The translations under genes were made by a program, and so were the position numbers. Below the pieces are notes generated by a model. That model saw only the letters and a program-made list of their open reading frames with translations, searched no databases and had not been told where the DNA came from. This document shows, one piece after another, positions 8,939-19,184 of a stretch of 64,000 bases of DNA (the first letter of the stretch is position 1; every line of letters starts with the position of its first letter). This DNA comes from Bacteroidota bacterium (GTDB taxonomy: Bacteria > Bacteroidota > Rhodothermia > JANXDC01): assembly GCA_025998875.1 (NCBI GenBank), contig AP024675.1, forward strand, positions 821,589 through 885,588, written 5' to 3'.

Positions 8939-10421
8939 GGCTTTCTGCGGCGGATTCCGAGAGGATCTGATCCTTGATCTGCATCATGTATGCCACGGCG
9001 GCATCGTGTTCGTTGGGGATTATTCCCTCGAGGATGGCCTCCTCGATGGCGCGCTTGATGCGGCCCACAGCAGGTCCGGGTTTCAGGTTCAGAAGCGCCA
9101 TGATCTCGTGCCCGTCGATAGGGGGGCGCCACTGACGCATCCGGTCCCGCTCCTCGACCTCCCGGATGCGGGCTTCCAGGGTCCGGAGCCGGGCCTCATG
9201 CCGGAGGGCGCGGGCGCGGTTGCGCGTGGTGATATCGGCCCTGGCCAGCAATAGAAGATCTTCGAGATCTTCTCCGGCCTCGAGAATAAGCCGGCGCACG
9301 GCCGAGTCGGTGATCGGCTGACTGGAGAGGGCGATGGGCCGCAGATGCAGGCGCACGAGCTTCTGCACACGCCGCATGCGCTCATCCATCGGCAGGCGGA
9401 GGCGGCGAAAAATAGCCGGGACCATACGCGCCCCCACCTCATCGTGTCCGTGAAAGGTCCATCCCTCTCCCGGGACGAAACGCTTCGTGGGCGCTTTGCC
9501 GACGTCGTGCAACAGGGCCGCCCAGCGGAGCCAGAGCCTACGCTCCTGAGGCAGCTCCTCGCTCAGGGCGGCTACCTGATCGAGTACCTGCAGGGTGTGT
9601 CGGAGGTTGTCCTTATGCCCGTAGCCGGAGACGGTCTCTACGCCCTCCAGAGCGGCAAGCTCCGGCAGCAGCAACTCCAGCAAGCCCGTCTCATGTAGCA
9701 GGGCAAAGCCCTGGCCCGGACGTCGGGTGAGCAGCAGCTTCTGAAGCTCTTCTGTGATGCGCTCCATGGAGACGATCTGGATGCGTTCCCGCTCGAGCCG
9801 GATCCCCTCCAGCGCGGCGGGATCGATCGTGAACTCCAGCTGCACGGCCAGCCTTATGGCTCGGATCATGCGCAGGGGGTCATCGTAGAAGGTGCGCACC
9901 GGATCCAGGGGGGTGCGGATGAGCCCCCGTCTGAGGTCTTCAAGGCCGCCAAAGAGGTCGATAAGTTCTCCCCCCGAGGCGCCCAGCCGAACGGCCAGCG
10001 CGTTGATGGTAAAATCCCGCCTCCGAAGGTCATCTTCCAGCGTGCCCTCTTCGACGAGGGGCTTGCGACTCGAGGCCCGATAGCTTTCCCGGCGCGTACC
10101 CACGAACTCAAGCTGGATGCCTTGGTAAGAGACCATGGCCGTGCCGAACTGCCGGTATACGACCGGCTCAGCCGCGCCCAGAGCCCGGGCCACGGCGCGG
10201 GCGAGCCGGATACCCGAGCCGGATCCGACCACGGCAAAATCAATATCCGGGTGCGTGCGGCCCAGCAGGCCGTCGCGCACGTAGCCACCGACCACATAGG
10301 CCTCCAGGCCCAACCGATCGGCCACCTCGCCAACGAGCTTGAGCAGAGGCTCTTCCCGAACGCGGGCCAGAAAAGCCTCTACGTCCCGGGACGTAGCCCG
10401 CTCAGAAACCGAAGATCCCAT
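8925..10421 (-). CDS. cca: CCA tRNA nucleotidyltransferase / poly(A) polymerase family with HD domain
   Basis: YVVGGYVRD..DIDF, EDDLRRRDFTINALA, DDPLRMIRAIR, SMERITEEL and HD motif LLHDVGK. Alternative GTG start at 10427. Confidence 0.9.
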   Translation of the reverse strand: MGSSVSERATSRDVEAFLARVREEPLLKLVGEVADRLGLEAYVVGGYVRDGLLGRTHPDIDFAVVGSGSGIRLARAVARALGAAEPVVYRQFGTAMVSYQGIQLEFVGTRRESYRASSRKPLVEEGTLEDDLRRRDFTINALAVRLGASGGELIDLFGGLEDLRRGLIRTPLDPVRTFYDDPLRMIRAIRLAVQLEFTIDPAALEGIRLERERIQIVSMERITEELQKLLLTRRPGQGFALLHETGLLELLLPELAALEGVETVSGYGHKDNLRHTLQVLDQVAALSEELPQERRLWLRWAALLHDVGKAPTKRFVPGEGWTFHGHDEVGARMVPAIFRRLRLPMDERMRRVQKLVRLHLRPIALSSQPITDSAVRRLILEAGEDLEDLLLLARADITTRNRARALRHEARLRTLEARIREVEERDRMRQWRPPIDGHEIMALLNLKPGPAVGRIKRAIEEAILEGIIPNEHDAAVAYMMQIKDQILSESAAESHARS

Positions 10422-11349
10422 GGGCACGCGTTTTTTCCATCACCTGGTGAAAAACCTGATAGACAAGTGCCGCATCATAAACCGAGACCGGAGGGTCCTG
10501 GTTTCTGTGCACGGCTTCCAGAAAAGCCTCCAGAGAGGCCTGTAGGGGGTCTACCTCGGAAAGCCGGGGCTGTTCTTCGAGCACGTTCAGGGCCTCCAGA
10601 TCGGACCGGGGATGCAGACGCCTCCATTCCAGAAGGCCTGCTGCGAAATCGGCCCTGCCCAGCAGGGCGGGCAGATAGCACCGCAGTTCGTGTACGAAGG
10701 CAAACCCGAGCCGGCTTACCCAAAGGCGAGCCGGCAGTCCGTTTTCGAAGCGCAGACGCACCTCCAGAGCATCCGGTTCCGGATGCAGGCCGGAAACGGA
10801 CACCTGTACGATCTCCACCCCGTGCACGGAGACGGATACAAGCCCGACAAGCAGGGCCAGATTGGGATACAGCCACTCCTCGGCCAGCACGGGCAGGGGC
10901 TGTCGGGATCGAACGGGGAGCTCACAGCGCAGCTCTAACATCTGGGGAGCTCGCCACCGCTCCCGAAGGCCCCGCGTGATCGGATGAAACAGCAGCTCGT
11001 GCAGGGGCAACAGACAGACCCCGCTTTCTTCTACCAGCGCCACCACCTGACGCACCTCATCCCAGGTGCGTCCGATCGGGGCCTCTACCCAGCAGGGCAA
11101 CTGCTGGCGCAGAACCTGACGCAGGAGGGCAAACCGTTCCTCGATCGGCACCGCCATGACCACGGCATCCACCTGCCTGAGCATCCCTTCCAGGCCATCG
11201 AGGCGGGGCAGAGAGGCGGCCGGAGCCGGAGGCGGCGGTGGGGAGATCCAGCCCCCCACTACCTCCACCGAGGGCAGGGTGCAGAGCCGGCGCCACACCT
11301 CCCATCCCCGCCCGTTGCCTATAAACCCGACCCGAATCCGCATGGACAT
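10402..11349 (-). CDS. Gfo/Idh/MocA-family oxidoreductase-like protein (divergent)
   Basis: N-terminal Rossmann-like IRVGFIGNG, VDAVVMAVP, and EAPIG where the family usually has EKP. Start taken at MSMRIRV. Confidence 0.65.
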   Translation of the reverse strand: MSMRIRVGFIGNGRGWEVWRRLCTLPSVEVVGGWISPPPPPAPAASLPRLDGLEGMLRQVDAVVMAVPIEERFALLRQVLRQQLPCWVEAPIGRTWDEVRQVVALVEESGVCLLPLHELLFHPITRGLRERWRAPQMLELRCELPVRSRQPLPVLAEEWLYPNLALLVGLVSVSVHGVEIVQVSVSGLHPEPDALEVRLRFENGLPARLWVSRLGFAFVHELRCYLPALLGRADFAAGLLEWRRLHPRSDLEALNVLEEQPRLSEVDPLQASLEAFLEAVHRNQDPPVSVYDAALVYQVFHQVMEKTRAHGIFGF

Positions 11350-11398
11350 GTCCGATCGCTGGCAAGTTGGCGTCAAGAAGGGCTTTCTTTCAACCAGC

Positions 11399-11971
11399 CT
11401 ATCGGCACCACAGCAGACGGACGGAGAAGACGGCCAGCGCAAGCTCACTGACCAGGAGCGCCGCCCCCGCCACCCGGTCCAGGCGCGCTATACGGCGATA
11501 CAGCTCCGGGTCCCCCGTACGACGATAGCGGTCATCGAGCCGATCCGCTCGGAACTTGTAGTGGATAGACAGGATCCCGGAGCCGATCGCTATCCCCAGC
11601 GCGGTATACTCCACTATCCAGGACGGCTCCTGAACAGAGGGCACCGGCGCCGCTCGGGGGGGATAGGCAACCTGAGGAGCGGCCACCCGGATCGTATCCC
11701 CTGCCCGCACCCGAATCTGCGGCCACAGGGCATAGCCTCCCCAGAGATCCGGCTCCGGCGGCAGGGCGCGCAACCGATACGTTCCCTCCGGCAAGCGCAG
11801 CCGAACGGGGCCAGATACAGGGGAAAGGGAATCCACAACCCAGCGGGCCGGAGCACCAAGCTCCAGCGTCCCCCATCCGCTCTGGGCATATCCCACCTGA
11901 GCAAACAGCGCCCAGAGCAACCCGGCCAGGAAGCGGATTCGCTCAGGGAAATAGCTCAAAGGCCACCACAT
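11399..11971 (-). CDS. Hypothetical exported/membrane protein
   Basis: Signal-like N-terminus, small beta-rich domain, two C-terminal hydrophobic helices. Overlaps the upstream gene in the same orientation. Confidence 0.6.
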   Translation of the reverse strand: MWWPLSYFPERIRFLAGLLWALFAQVGYAQSGWGTLELGAPARWVVDSLSPVSGPVRLRLPEGTYRLRALPPEPDLWGGYALWPQIRVRAGDTIRVAAPQVAYPPRAAPVPSVQEPSWIVEYTALGIAIGSGILSIHYKFRADRLDDRYRRTGDPELYRRIARLDRVAGAALLVSELALAVFSVRLLWCR

Positions 11972-13058
11972 CCCCGTTTTCTCCGAGCACGAAAAGCAGA
12001 TCCCCGCACCGGCTCAGCCCGGCCGCCGGCCTTCCCGGAAGCGGCAGACGCAACCGGATCCGCCCGCTGCGGGGCTCCAGGCCGAGCAACTCTCCGGCGG
12101 TCGTGGCCACCCAGATCCAGGGAAGAGCCGCCACAATCCGGCTCCCGATTCCCCCTTCCGGGTGCAGTTCCCAGCGCACCTGGCCCGTCTGCGCGTCCAA
12201 AAGCCAGATTGACCCACCCCAGGCGGCCACCAGCACGCCCTCATCGAGCACAACGGGGGGAAATACGATCCGGTTCATCTCCGGCCCCATACGCCTCTCC
12301 CAGCGCAAGGCGCCCGTAGAGGCATCTAGGCACAGAACCCGTCCTCGGGTGGTTCCGATCCATATCCGCCCTTGGTGAGCGGCGAGCGCACCGGAGATGG
12401 GCTCCGAAAGGCGCCTTTCCCATCGAAGCCGCAGCTCCAGATCGAAAGCGCGCACCGTCCCGTCCAGCGTGGCGTAGAGGATCCCGTCTCCCATCCACAC
12501 CGGCCCGGTGGCCGCCTGCACGGCGCGCTCTGGGTCCCAGCCCCTGCGCAGCGCGCCCGTTTCCGGGTCCAGTTCCCGAATACCCCCGCGGACGGTACAG
12601 AGCCAGAGCCTTCCTTCCCGATAAAGCGGGGGCACTTCTACGGAAGCCTCTCCAAAATGCCAGCGCACCCGGGCGGTAGCGATCTCGTAGGCCACCAGTC
12701 CAGGCCCTCCAAAGGCCACGGGCACGAACAGATACCGCCCGTCTGTGGCCGGAACGGCCTCCAGGGCACGACCGAAAGTGCGAGCGCCGATTGGGCGTCC
12801 GTCGCCTGCGCGCAGGACGAGCAGGGCGCCCCGACGGGAAGGCAACCAGATATAAGGCCCCGTGCACAGGGGAAAAGCCCATGGGCCGAAACCCGCCCCC
12901 AGATTGCGATGCCAGCGCCGTTGGAGCGGACCATTCGGGGCGGAGGGCAGGACCCGGTCCGATTCGGATTGCTCCTCGGGAATCCGAAGCGGACCGAGCT
13001 CTGCACATCCCAGGCCGCAGAGCACAGCCACCAGCGCTATGCGTGTTAGAAATCCCAT
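11943..13058 (-). CDS. PQQ-like beta-propeller lipoprotein (BamB-like)
   Basis: Lipobox-like LCGLGC and repeated A(L)D..TG..(R)W propeller motifs (AYEIATARVRW, LDASTGALRW, LDAQTGQVRW). Confidence 0.8.
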   Translation of the reverse strand: MGFLTRIALVAVLCGLGCAELGPLRIPEEQSESDRVLPSAPNGPLQRRWHRNLGAGFGPWAFPLCTGPYIWLPSRRGALLVLRAGDGRPIGARTFGRALEAVPATDGRYLFVPVAFGGPGLVAYEIATARVRWHFGEASVEVPPLYREGRLWLCTVRGGIRELDPETGALRRGWDPERAVQAATGPVWMGDGILYATLDGTVRAFDLELRLRWERRLSEPISGALAAHQGRIWIGTTRGRVLCLDASTGALRWERRMGPEMNRIVFPPVVLDEGVLVAAWGGSIWLLDAQTGQVRWELHPEGGIGSRIVAALPWIWVATTAGELLGLEPRSGRIRLRLPLPGRPAAGLSRCGDLLFVLGENGDVVAFELFP

Positions 13059-15922
13059 CCGAAAAACAGCTGTTTAAAGGGACGTTTTTCGACTCGGCGC
13101 CCCCCGTCACGCAGACGCCATCCCCAGTCGTAGCGCAGCACAAAGCCGCCAAAGAGGTTCAGGCGCACCCCCAACCCCACGCTACCCAGCGTTTCGCCCG
13201 CGTATAACTCCGGGATGCGTTTGCTGTATTCCTCCTCCCAGGCATGAGCCAGGTCCAGAAACAGCGCGCCCCGCAGCGTACTCACGCCCAAGGGGGCGAG
13301 CAGGGGCATCCGTGCCCCTATGCCCTCTACGAGGGGGAAGCGCAGTTCCTGGCTCACCAGCCAGGTGTGCCGGCCGCGGATGCCAAAGAGGGGATATCCC
13401 CGCACGTCCCAGCTGCCGCCCAAGAAGAAGCGTCGGGCCTCCCGGCCCTCGTTCCAGCGCAGCTGGGCCCAGAGGGCGTATATCAGATCCCCCCCGATCC
13501 GGGTATATCGACGCACATCGGCCAGGATCGTGTAGTAGCTCACGTTCGAATAGCGCAGATCCGTCGTATAGCCCAGCCCCAACAACGCGCGCAGACCCAC
13601 CACGGGCCCGGTCGGTCCCCAGAGCGTGTTATCGTGCACCCAGGCCAGGCTGTTTGAAAGCAGCAGGGCCCGACGGGCCCGGAGCAGGGTGGTCTTATCC
13701 GACCAGCTCAGGCTGGCGCCCACCTCCAGGCGCTGGAAAACAGAAAAAGGATACTGGAGGCTTCCGTATACCCCGTAGAGGGTCTCCCAGTAGATCGGAA
13801 GCGCCGGACTGGCATCGGGCTCGGTCAGATCGTACTGCAATCCGGCAAGCCGATAGAGGCCGTAGGCGATCGGGGTCCGACGCCCCAGGTGAATACGGCT
13901 CAGGAGCAGGTTCATGCCCTCCCAGAAGCCACCCCCCGCTTGGGTGTTGCTGTAGAGGAGCAGGTAGAGCTGCTCATCTCCCATAAGATCGCTGAAGACG
14001 GCCGCCGCCCCGCCTGTGGTGCCCCAGATGGGGGACTGGCTCAGCTGTCCCTGGGCCAGATCGAGACTGTAGCGTTTGCGGTAAGGCGCGCTGCGCGTGC
14101 TATCGGCCGCAATGCGCCCCGTATCCCAGGGTTCATCGCGCACCTCCGGAAGTGTGGCCGTAAATACGGGGGCGCGCGAGAGGCGCTGCGGAAGTGAATC
14201 CAGCATGCGAATGGTGAATCGATATCCCTCAAAGGCGCTGTAGAGGAGCACCCCCCGGTCCGTGAAGGCCGGATCCAAGGCTCCGGTAACGGTACGGGAG
14301 AGACGATAAAGCGGTCTTCGCATAGCCGAAGCGCCCGAGGTCGAGTCCCCTGTATACGGCCAACCCAGCGCCCACAGATCCGGGGCGCCGGTGAGGGTGG
14401 CCGCAAAGACCAGGTATTGTCCGCTGGGGTCGAACGCCGGGCTCATGCAGTGAAAGGGGCCATAGACCAGATAGCGGATTGCGCCCGTGGCCAGATCATA
14501 GGCGAAGAGGTTACTGTGTCCCTCCCTGCCCCACGGGGTGCGATCGCTGCAGAAGACGATGTATCGACTATCTGGACTCCAGACCGGATCGCGCTCTTCG
14601 TAGATATCCTGCGTAAGCCGCCACCGCAGCCCGCGATCCGGTTCGTATACATACAGATCGGCGTATCCGTCGCGTCCGATGCCCACGAAAACAACCCGGG
14701 CTCCATCCGGACTCCAGGCCGGCGAATACAGAGAAAGCAGATCGGCAAACCGCGCCCGGAAACGCCATTTGCCCCGCTCCACATCGTAGCCATAGAGCAC
14801 ATCGGAGGGTCCAGACCGGGCCACAAAAGCCAGCACCCCTTGAGGGGAAAGGCTTAATTTGCTCTCCAGCTCATGAAAACCCTCCAACGCGGCCGTCTGC
14901 TCCCCGGCGATCAGGCGTTCCGGACTTCCCAGGGGGCGCAGGGTCGAGTCCACTGGAACTCGATACACCCCCGCGTAATCCGCTTTTCGGGCCATGTAGA
15001 AGAGCCATTCCCTGCCGGCGCGATCTCTATAGAAGGCGGGTTTCAGGGTAAAGCCCCCTTCCGTCAGCGCTGGAGCGAGCAGACTGGGCAACGTTTCGGC
15101 CGGCAGGCGGGTATAATAGCGGCTCCGCATCCATAACAGCCATCGCTCCTCCAGCTCCCGGAGCGGGAGCCCCAGTACGGCTTCGAGCACCTTGTTGAAA
15201 TCGGCATGTTTCCAGGACTGTTCAATGAGCAGGCGAAGATGCTCTTCGCTCCACTGATCGGCGATGAATCGGCATAGCGCCTCCCCGATTTTGTACATGA
15301 GATAGGAGCCCTCCACCTTGAAGAGATCCTGTACGGGCAACAGGTAGTTGTTCAGAACCGCGTCGCGCAGGATCATTTCGGCCTGATAGTCCGGCGGACC
15401 AGACCAGTACTCGGCCAGTCCCTCCATGAACCACAGGGGGGGTAGAGGCAGATCCTGACTTACGCGATAGGCACGTCGGATCTGATAGAGCCGGTGGTAG
15501 ATGAAGACGTGCACGAGCTCATGGCGAATGACGCGTCGGAACCGATAGAGGCTGCCGCTAAAGGGCAGGGCAACGCGTCCTTTGAGAAACTCGAAAAACC
15601 CGCCCACCCCTTCTGGAATGAGGCCGGGGGTGATGTGCGTTTGCTGGAAATGCACCGGGGAGCTGTAAAAGATCAGGGGGATGCGCCGTGTCGGCCTGGC
15701 CCCCAGGCGGGCCTGTAGCTCTCGATATTGTTCTTCGGCAAAATATGCTCCTCGTTCGGCCACATCCCGTATGTCCGGATAGTAGTACACGTCGAAATGC
15801 TCCGTGCGGAGCAGAAGCCACGTGAAGCGTTCGTAACGCACCTTGTTGCGGCCGAAGCCGTAGTACTGCGCCTCAACCCGGAGGGCGACACAGCAGAGCA
15901 ACAGGAGCAGTAGGGGCCACAT
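13046..15922 (-). CDS. Omp85/BamA-TamA family protein with N-terminal zincin peptidase-like domain and PD40/TolB-like propeller
   Basis: Signal peptide; HELVH plus WFMEGLAEY; PD40 repeats SPAWSPDG, DPVWSPDS, SPAFDPSG; C-terminal barrel with FFLGGSWDVRGY and terminal FFGWDF. Confidence 0.85.
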   Translation of the reverse strand: MWPLLLLLLCCVALRVEAQYYGFGRNKVRYERFTWLLLRTEHFDVYYYPDIRDVAERGAYFAEEQYRELQARLGARPTRRIPLIFYSSPVHFQQTHITPGLIPEGVGGFFEFLKGRVALPFSGSLYRFRRVIRHELVHVFIYHRLYQIRRAYRVSQDLPLPPLWFMEGLAEYWSGPPDYQAEMILRDAVLNNYLLPVQDLFKVEGSYLMYKIGEALCRFIADQWSEEHLRLLIEQSWKHADFNKVLEAVLGLPLRELEERWLLWMRSRYYTRLPAETLPSLLAPALTEGGFTLKPAFYRDRAGREWLFYMARKADYAGVYRVPVDSTLRPLGSPERLIAGEQTAALEGFHELESKLSLSPQGVLAFVARSGPSDVLYGYDVERGKWRFRARFADLLSLYSPAWSPDGARVVFVGIGRDGYADLYVYEPDRGLRWRLTQDIYEERDPVWSPDSRYIVFCSDRTPWGREGHSNLFAYDLATGAIRYLVYGPFHCMSPAFDPSGQYLVFAATLTGAPDLWALGWPYTGDSTSGASAMRRPLYRLSRTVTGALDPAFTDRGVLLYSAFEGYRFTIRMLDSLPQRLSRAPVFTATLPEVRDEPWDTGRIAADSTRSAPYRKRYSLDLAQGQLSQSPIWGTTGGAAAVFSDLMGDEQLYLLLYSNTQAGGGFWEGMNLLLSRIHLGRRTPIAYGLYRLAGLQYDLTEPDASPALPIYWETLYGVYGSLQYPFSVFQRLEVGASLSWSDKTTLLRARRALLLSNSLAWVHDNTLWGPTGPVVGLRALLGLGYTTDLRYSNVSYYTILADVRRYTRIGGDLIYALWAQLRWNEGREARRFFLGGSWDVRGYPLFGIRGRHTWLVSQELRFPLVEGIGARMPLLAPLGVSTLRGALFLDLAHAWEEEYSKRIPELYAGETLGSVGLGVRLNLFGGFVLRYDWGWRLRDGGRRVEKRPFKQLFFGWDF

Positions 15923-16026
15923 AGAGAGATAATACAACCGACCCCCTCCTCCGGGAAAGGGATCGGGCGTCGGATTTCTGGGGACGTATTCCGTATATTG
16001 GGGCGCCTTGGCTGGTGCGCCTGCTC

Positions 16027-16596
16027 ATGGAGCCGCATATTCACGGAGAGCCCGCCACAGGCTGGATCGAGGTGATCTGTGGGGGGATGTTCAGCGGGAA
16101 AACCGAGGAGCTCATCCGGCGCCTGAAGCGCGCCCAGATCGCCCGTCAGCGCGTGGCGGTCTTCAAACCCCGCATCGACACCCGCTACGCCCCGGATGCC
16201 GTGGTATCCCACAGCGAACAGGCATTGCCCTCCATGGTGGTAGCCTCGGCCCGGGAGATCATGGACCTGGCCCGGGAGGCGCAGGTGGTGGGCATCGACG
16301 AGGGGCAGTTTTTCGGAGCGGAGCTCGTTGAGGTCTGTCAGCTGCTGGCCCAAGAGGGCAAGCGGGTCATCGTGGCCGGACTGGACATGGACTACCGGGG
16401 CCAGCCCTTTGAGCCCATCCCGCAGCTGTTGGCTATAGCGGAATACATCACCAAGTTGCACGCTATCTGTGTTCGCTGCGGAGCTCCGGCGCAGTTCTCC
16501 CAGCGTCTGATCTCCCGCGCAGATCGGGTGTTGCTCGGGGCAGCAGACCTGTACGAGCCGCGCTGTCGCCGCTGCTTTGAGCCTCCCGGGATATGA
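16027..16596 (+). CDS. tdk: Thymidine kinase
   Basis: [38 protein letters not shown], zinc Cys pairs CVRC/CRRC. Confidence 0.95.
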   Translation: MEPHIHGEPATGWIEVICGGMFSGKTEELIRRLKRAQIARQRVAVFKPRIDTRYAPDAVVSHSEQALPSMVVASAREIMDLAREAQVVGIDEGQFFGAELVEVCQLLAQEGKRVIVAGLDMDYRGQPFEPIPQLLAIAEYITKLHAICVRCGAPAQFSQRLISRADRVLLGAADLYEPRCRRCFEPPGI

Positions 16597-16621
16597 ACTC
16601 GACCTCCAGCAGGAGGGCAGA

Positions 16622-17947
16622 ATGGAAGCCATTGGAAACGTACTCCGCGGGGCCTTGGGTCTGGTTGTCATTCTGGCGATCGCCTGGATTCTTTCGGCCG
16701 ATCGCAGGCGCATCTCCTGGCGTCTGGTGGGGGTCGGGCTGGGTCTGCAGCTTGCCCTGGCCCTCTTCATTCTCAAAGGGGATGAACTGAGCCGGCATTT
16801 CGCCCCTCTGGGCTGGCCCAAGGCGTTTTTCTCCTGGGTGAGCTCCTTTTTTGTGCTCATTCTGCACTTCACCACGGAGGGAGCGCGTTTTCTGTTCGGC
16901 AACCTGGCCTTAAGCCCGGGCCAGGAGGGGAGCATGGGGGCGTTTTTCGCCTTTCAGGTGCTACCCACGATCATCTTCTTCAGCGCCTTGATGAGCGTGC
17001 TCTACCATCTGGGCCTCATGCAACGGCTTGTGCAGGCCATGGCCTGGGTGATGACGCGCCTGATGGGCACCAGCGGAGCCGAATCCCTGTCCGTGACGGC
17101 CAACATCTTTGTGGGGCAAACGGAGGCGCCGCTGGTGATTCGGCCCTATCTCGGGGGCATGACGCGCTCTGAGCTTCTGGCCGTCATGAGTGGGGGTATG
17201 GCCACGATCGCCGGGGGGGTTATGGCGGCCTATATCCAGATGCTGGGGGACGCCTTCGCACAGGCCCGCGGGCTGGAGCTGGAGACCGCCCGCCTGCTTT
17301 TCGCCGAGCAGCTGCTGGGGGCCAGCGTCATGGCCGCTCCGGCGGCGCTGGTGCTGGCCAAGATACTCATTCCGGAAACCGGCGTGCCCGAAACAGCTGG
17401 AGTAGTACGGGCCCAGGTAGAACGCACCAGCCAGAACGTGATCGACGCCGCCGCCCGGGGTGCGGCCGACGGGCTGAAGCTGGCCGCCAACGTGGGAGGT
17501 ATGCTCATTGCCTTCATCGCGCTCATCGCGCTGGTGAATTACTTCCTGGGCTGGCTGGGCGGCCTGGTGGGCCTGGAGCTCTCCCTAGAGCGCCTTTTCG
17601 GGTGGGCCCTGGGTCCGCTGGGCTGGATTGTGGGCATACCCTGGAGTGAGGCATCCACCTTTGGCTCCCTGCTGGGCACCAAAGTCGTTGTCAACGAATT
17701 CGTCGCCTATCTGGGACTGGCCGACGCCATTCGGTCCGGCCTACTTACGGAAAAGAGCATCACGATGAGCACTTTTGCCCTCTGTGGATTTGCCAACTTC
17801 AGCTCCATCGCCATCCAGCTCGGTGGCATCGGGCCCCTGATTCCACATCGCATCTCCGAGCTGGCTCAGCTGGGGCTGCGAGCCGTTCTTGCGGGCACAC
17901 TGGCCAACCTCATGACCGCCACCATCGCCGGCGCGCTTATGGGCTGA
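16622..17947 (+). CDS. NupC/CNT-family concentrative nucleoside transporter
   Basis: [57 protein letters not shown] before ATG 16622. Confidence 0.93.
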   Translation: MEAIGNVLRGALGLVVILAIAWILSADRRRISWRLVGVGLGLQLALALFILKGDELSRHFAPLGWPKAFFSWVSSFFVLILHFTTEGARFLFGNLALSPGQEGSMGAFFAFQVLPTIIFFSALMSVLYHLGLMQRLVQAMAWVMTRLMGTSGAESLSVTANIFVGQTEAPLVIRPYLGGMTRSELLAVMSGGMATIAGGVMAAYIQMLGDAFAQARGLELETARLLFAEQLLGASVMAAPAALVLAKILIPETGVPETAGVVRAQVERTSQNVIDAAARGAADGLKLAANVGGMLIAFIALIALVNYFLGWLGGLVGLELSLERLFGWALGPLGWIVGIPWSEASTFGSLLGTKVVVNEFVAYLGLADAIRSGLLTEKSITMSTFALCGFANFSSIAIQLGGIGPLIPHRISELAQLGLRAVLAGTLANLMTATIAGALMG

Positions 17948-18024
17948 ATGCCGCTTCTCCGGCGGAACTCGGCCCGTCTTTTGACCGTACATGCGTTCGT
18001 CCCCATACGGAACGTCCGATAACG

Positions 18025-18693
18025 ATGCGTGCGCGGGAAGCGATCCTCCGCCTTCGCCCCTGGGTGGTGTGGATAACCGGGGTGTTGCTCTACGCGGGCG
18101 ACTTCCTCATCAAGCGCCTGCCCAATCCCCGCTCACCGGCCAGTGTGGAGATCTGGCTGGACCGCTTCATTCCGTTTATTCCTGTCTGGGGGTGGGTTTA
18201 CCTGCTGCTCTGGCTTGTATACCTGTTTGGAGCGGCAGGATGGTATATCTATGAGCACCGATCGGACTGGATCCAGATCCGCCGGCTCTGGTTTGCGGCC
18301 CTGTTCATGCAGCTCGGTGCCTGGACGATCCACTACTTTTTTCCCACCTACATGCCCCGCCCCCCGATACCGGAGCAGACCTCCGATCTCCACCTGTGGC
18401 TCATCCACCGCATCTACAGCACCGACCCCCCCACACATGCCCTGCCCAGCCTGCACGTGGCCAGCGTGACCGTGGCCAGCTGGTTTTTTACGCTTCGGGG
18501 CGGTCTGGCCCGCCGGCTGCTGGCCTGGAGTATGGTGGCGGTGATCGCCCTGAGTACCCTCTTTACCAAACAGCACGGCGTTCTGGATGTGGTCGCGGGT
18601 CTGGCCTGGGGGTATCTTGCCTGCTGGGTGGGCTACTATACGGGCCTGGCCTGGAACCGCCTCTCCGTGCGGCTGGCCAGCCTGCGCATTTAA
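18025..18693 (+). CDS. PAP2-family membrane phosphatase/phosphoesterase
   Basis: Multi-TM protein with P..RP, PSLH and KQH..LDV motifs. Confidence 0.8.
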   Translation: MRAREAILRLRPWVVWITGVLLYAGDFLIKRLPNPRSPASVEIWLDRFIPFIPVWGWVYLLLWLVYLFGAAGWYIYEHRSDWIQIRRLWFAALFMQLGAWTIHYFFPTYMPRPPIPEQTSDLHLWLIHRIYSTDPPTHALPSLHVASVTVASWFFTLRGGLARRLLAWSMVAVIALSTLFTKQHGVLDVVAGLAWGYLACWVGYYTGLAWNRLSVRLASLRI

Positions 18694-18709
18694 AAATTTT
18701 TCTGTCCCC

Positions 18710-18739
18710 TTGACTTTTCCCGGTTTCTTCGTATCTTGG
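18710..18739 (+). promoter_or_regulatory. Promoter of cold-shock gene
   Basis: TTGACT-16 bp-TATCTTGG, about 180 nt upstream of the csp start codon. Confidence 0.6.
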
Positions 18740-18916
18740 GGGCGCTGATTTGCTCCGGCAAATCCTTCCGTCAGGCTTGTGGCAGCTGACGGGTCGACGG
18801 CAGAAGTCTGACACCCTTGTCGGGTTGCAGGAACCCTTCTTCGGTGACCCCATCGCCCAAGGTAGTACGGAAGTAGGTTATCCCGTATGTTTCACCCAGC
18901 AGTAAGGAGCCTCGTC

Positions 18917-19123
18917 ATGGCTCAAGGCACCGTCAAGTGGTTCAACGAGCAGAAGGGGTTTGGATTCATCCAGCCCGACGATGGGGGTAAGGACATCTTC
19001 GTGCACTACTCCCAGATTCGCTCCAATGGCGGATTTCGCACCCTTCGGGAGAATGATCGGGTTCGTTTTGAGGTCGTGCAGGGTCCCAAGGGGCCTTCCG
19101 CACAGAACGTGCAGAAGATCTGA
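18917..19123 (+). CDS. Cold-shock protein (CspA family)
   Basis: [18 protein letters not shown]...DIFVHYS (RNP1/RNP2); TAAGGAG RBS. Confidence 0.97.
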   Translation: MAQGTVKWFNEQKGFGFIQPDDGGKDIFVHYSQIRSNGGFRTLRENDRVRFEVVQGPKGPSAQNVQKI

Positions 19124-19137
19124 CCTGATCGAAAACC

Positions 19138-19170
19138 AAAAAGCCCCGCCCGCATGGCGGGGCTTTTTTT
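19138..19170. terminator. Bidirectional intrinsic terminator between csp and ahcY
   Basis: AAAAAGCCCCGCC-CGCAT-GGCGGGGCTTTTTTT. Confidence 0.9.
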
Positions 19171-19184
19171 GTTCTGTGCGCCGA

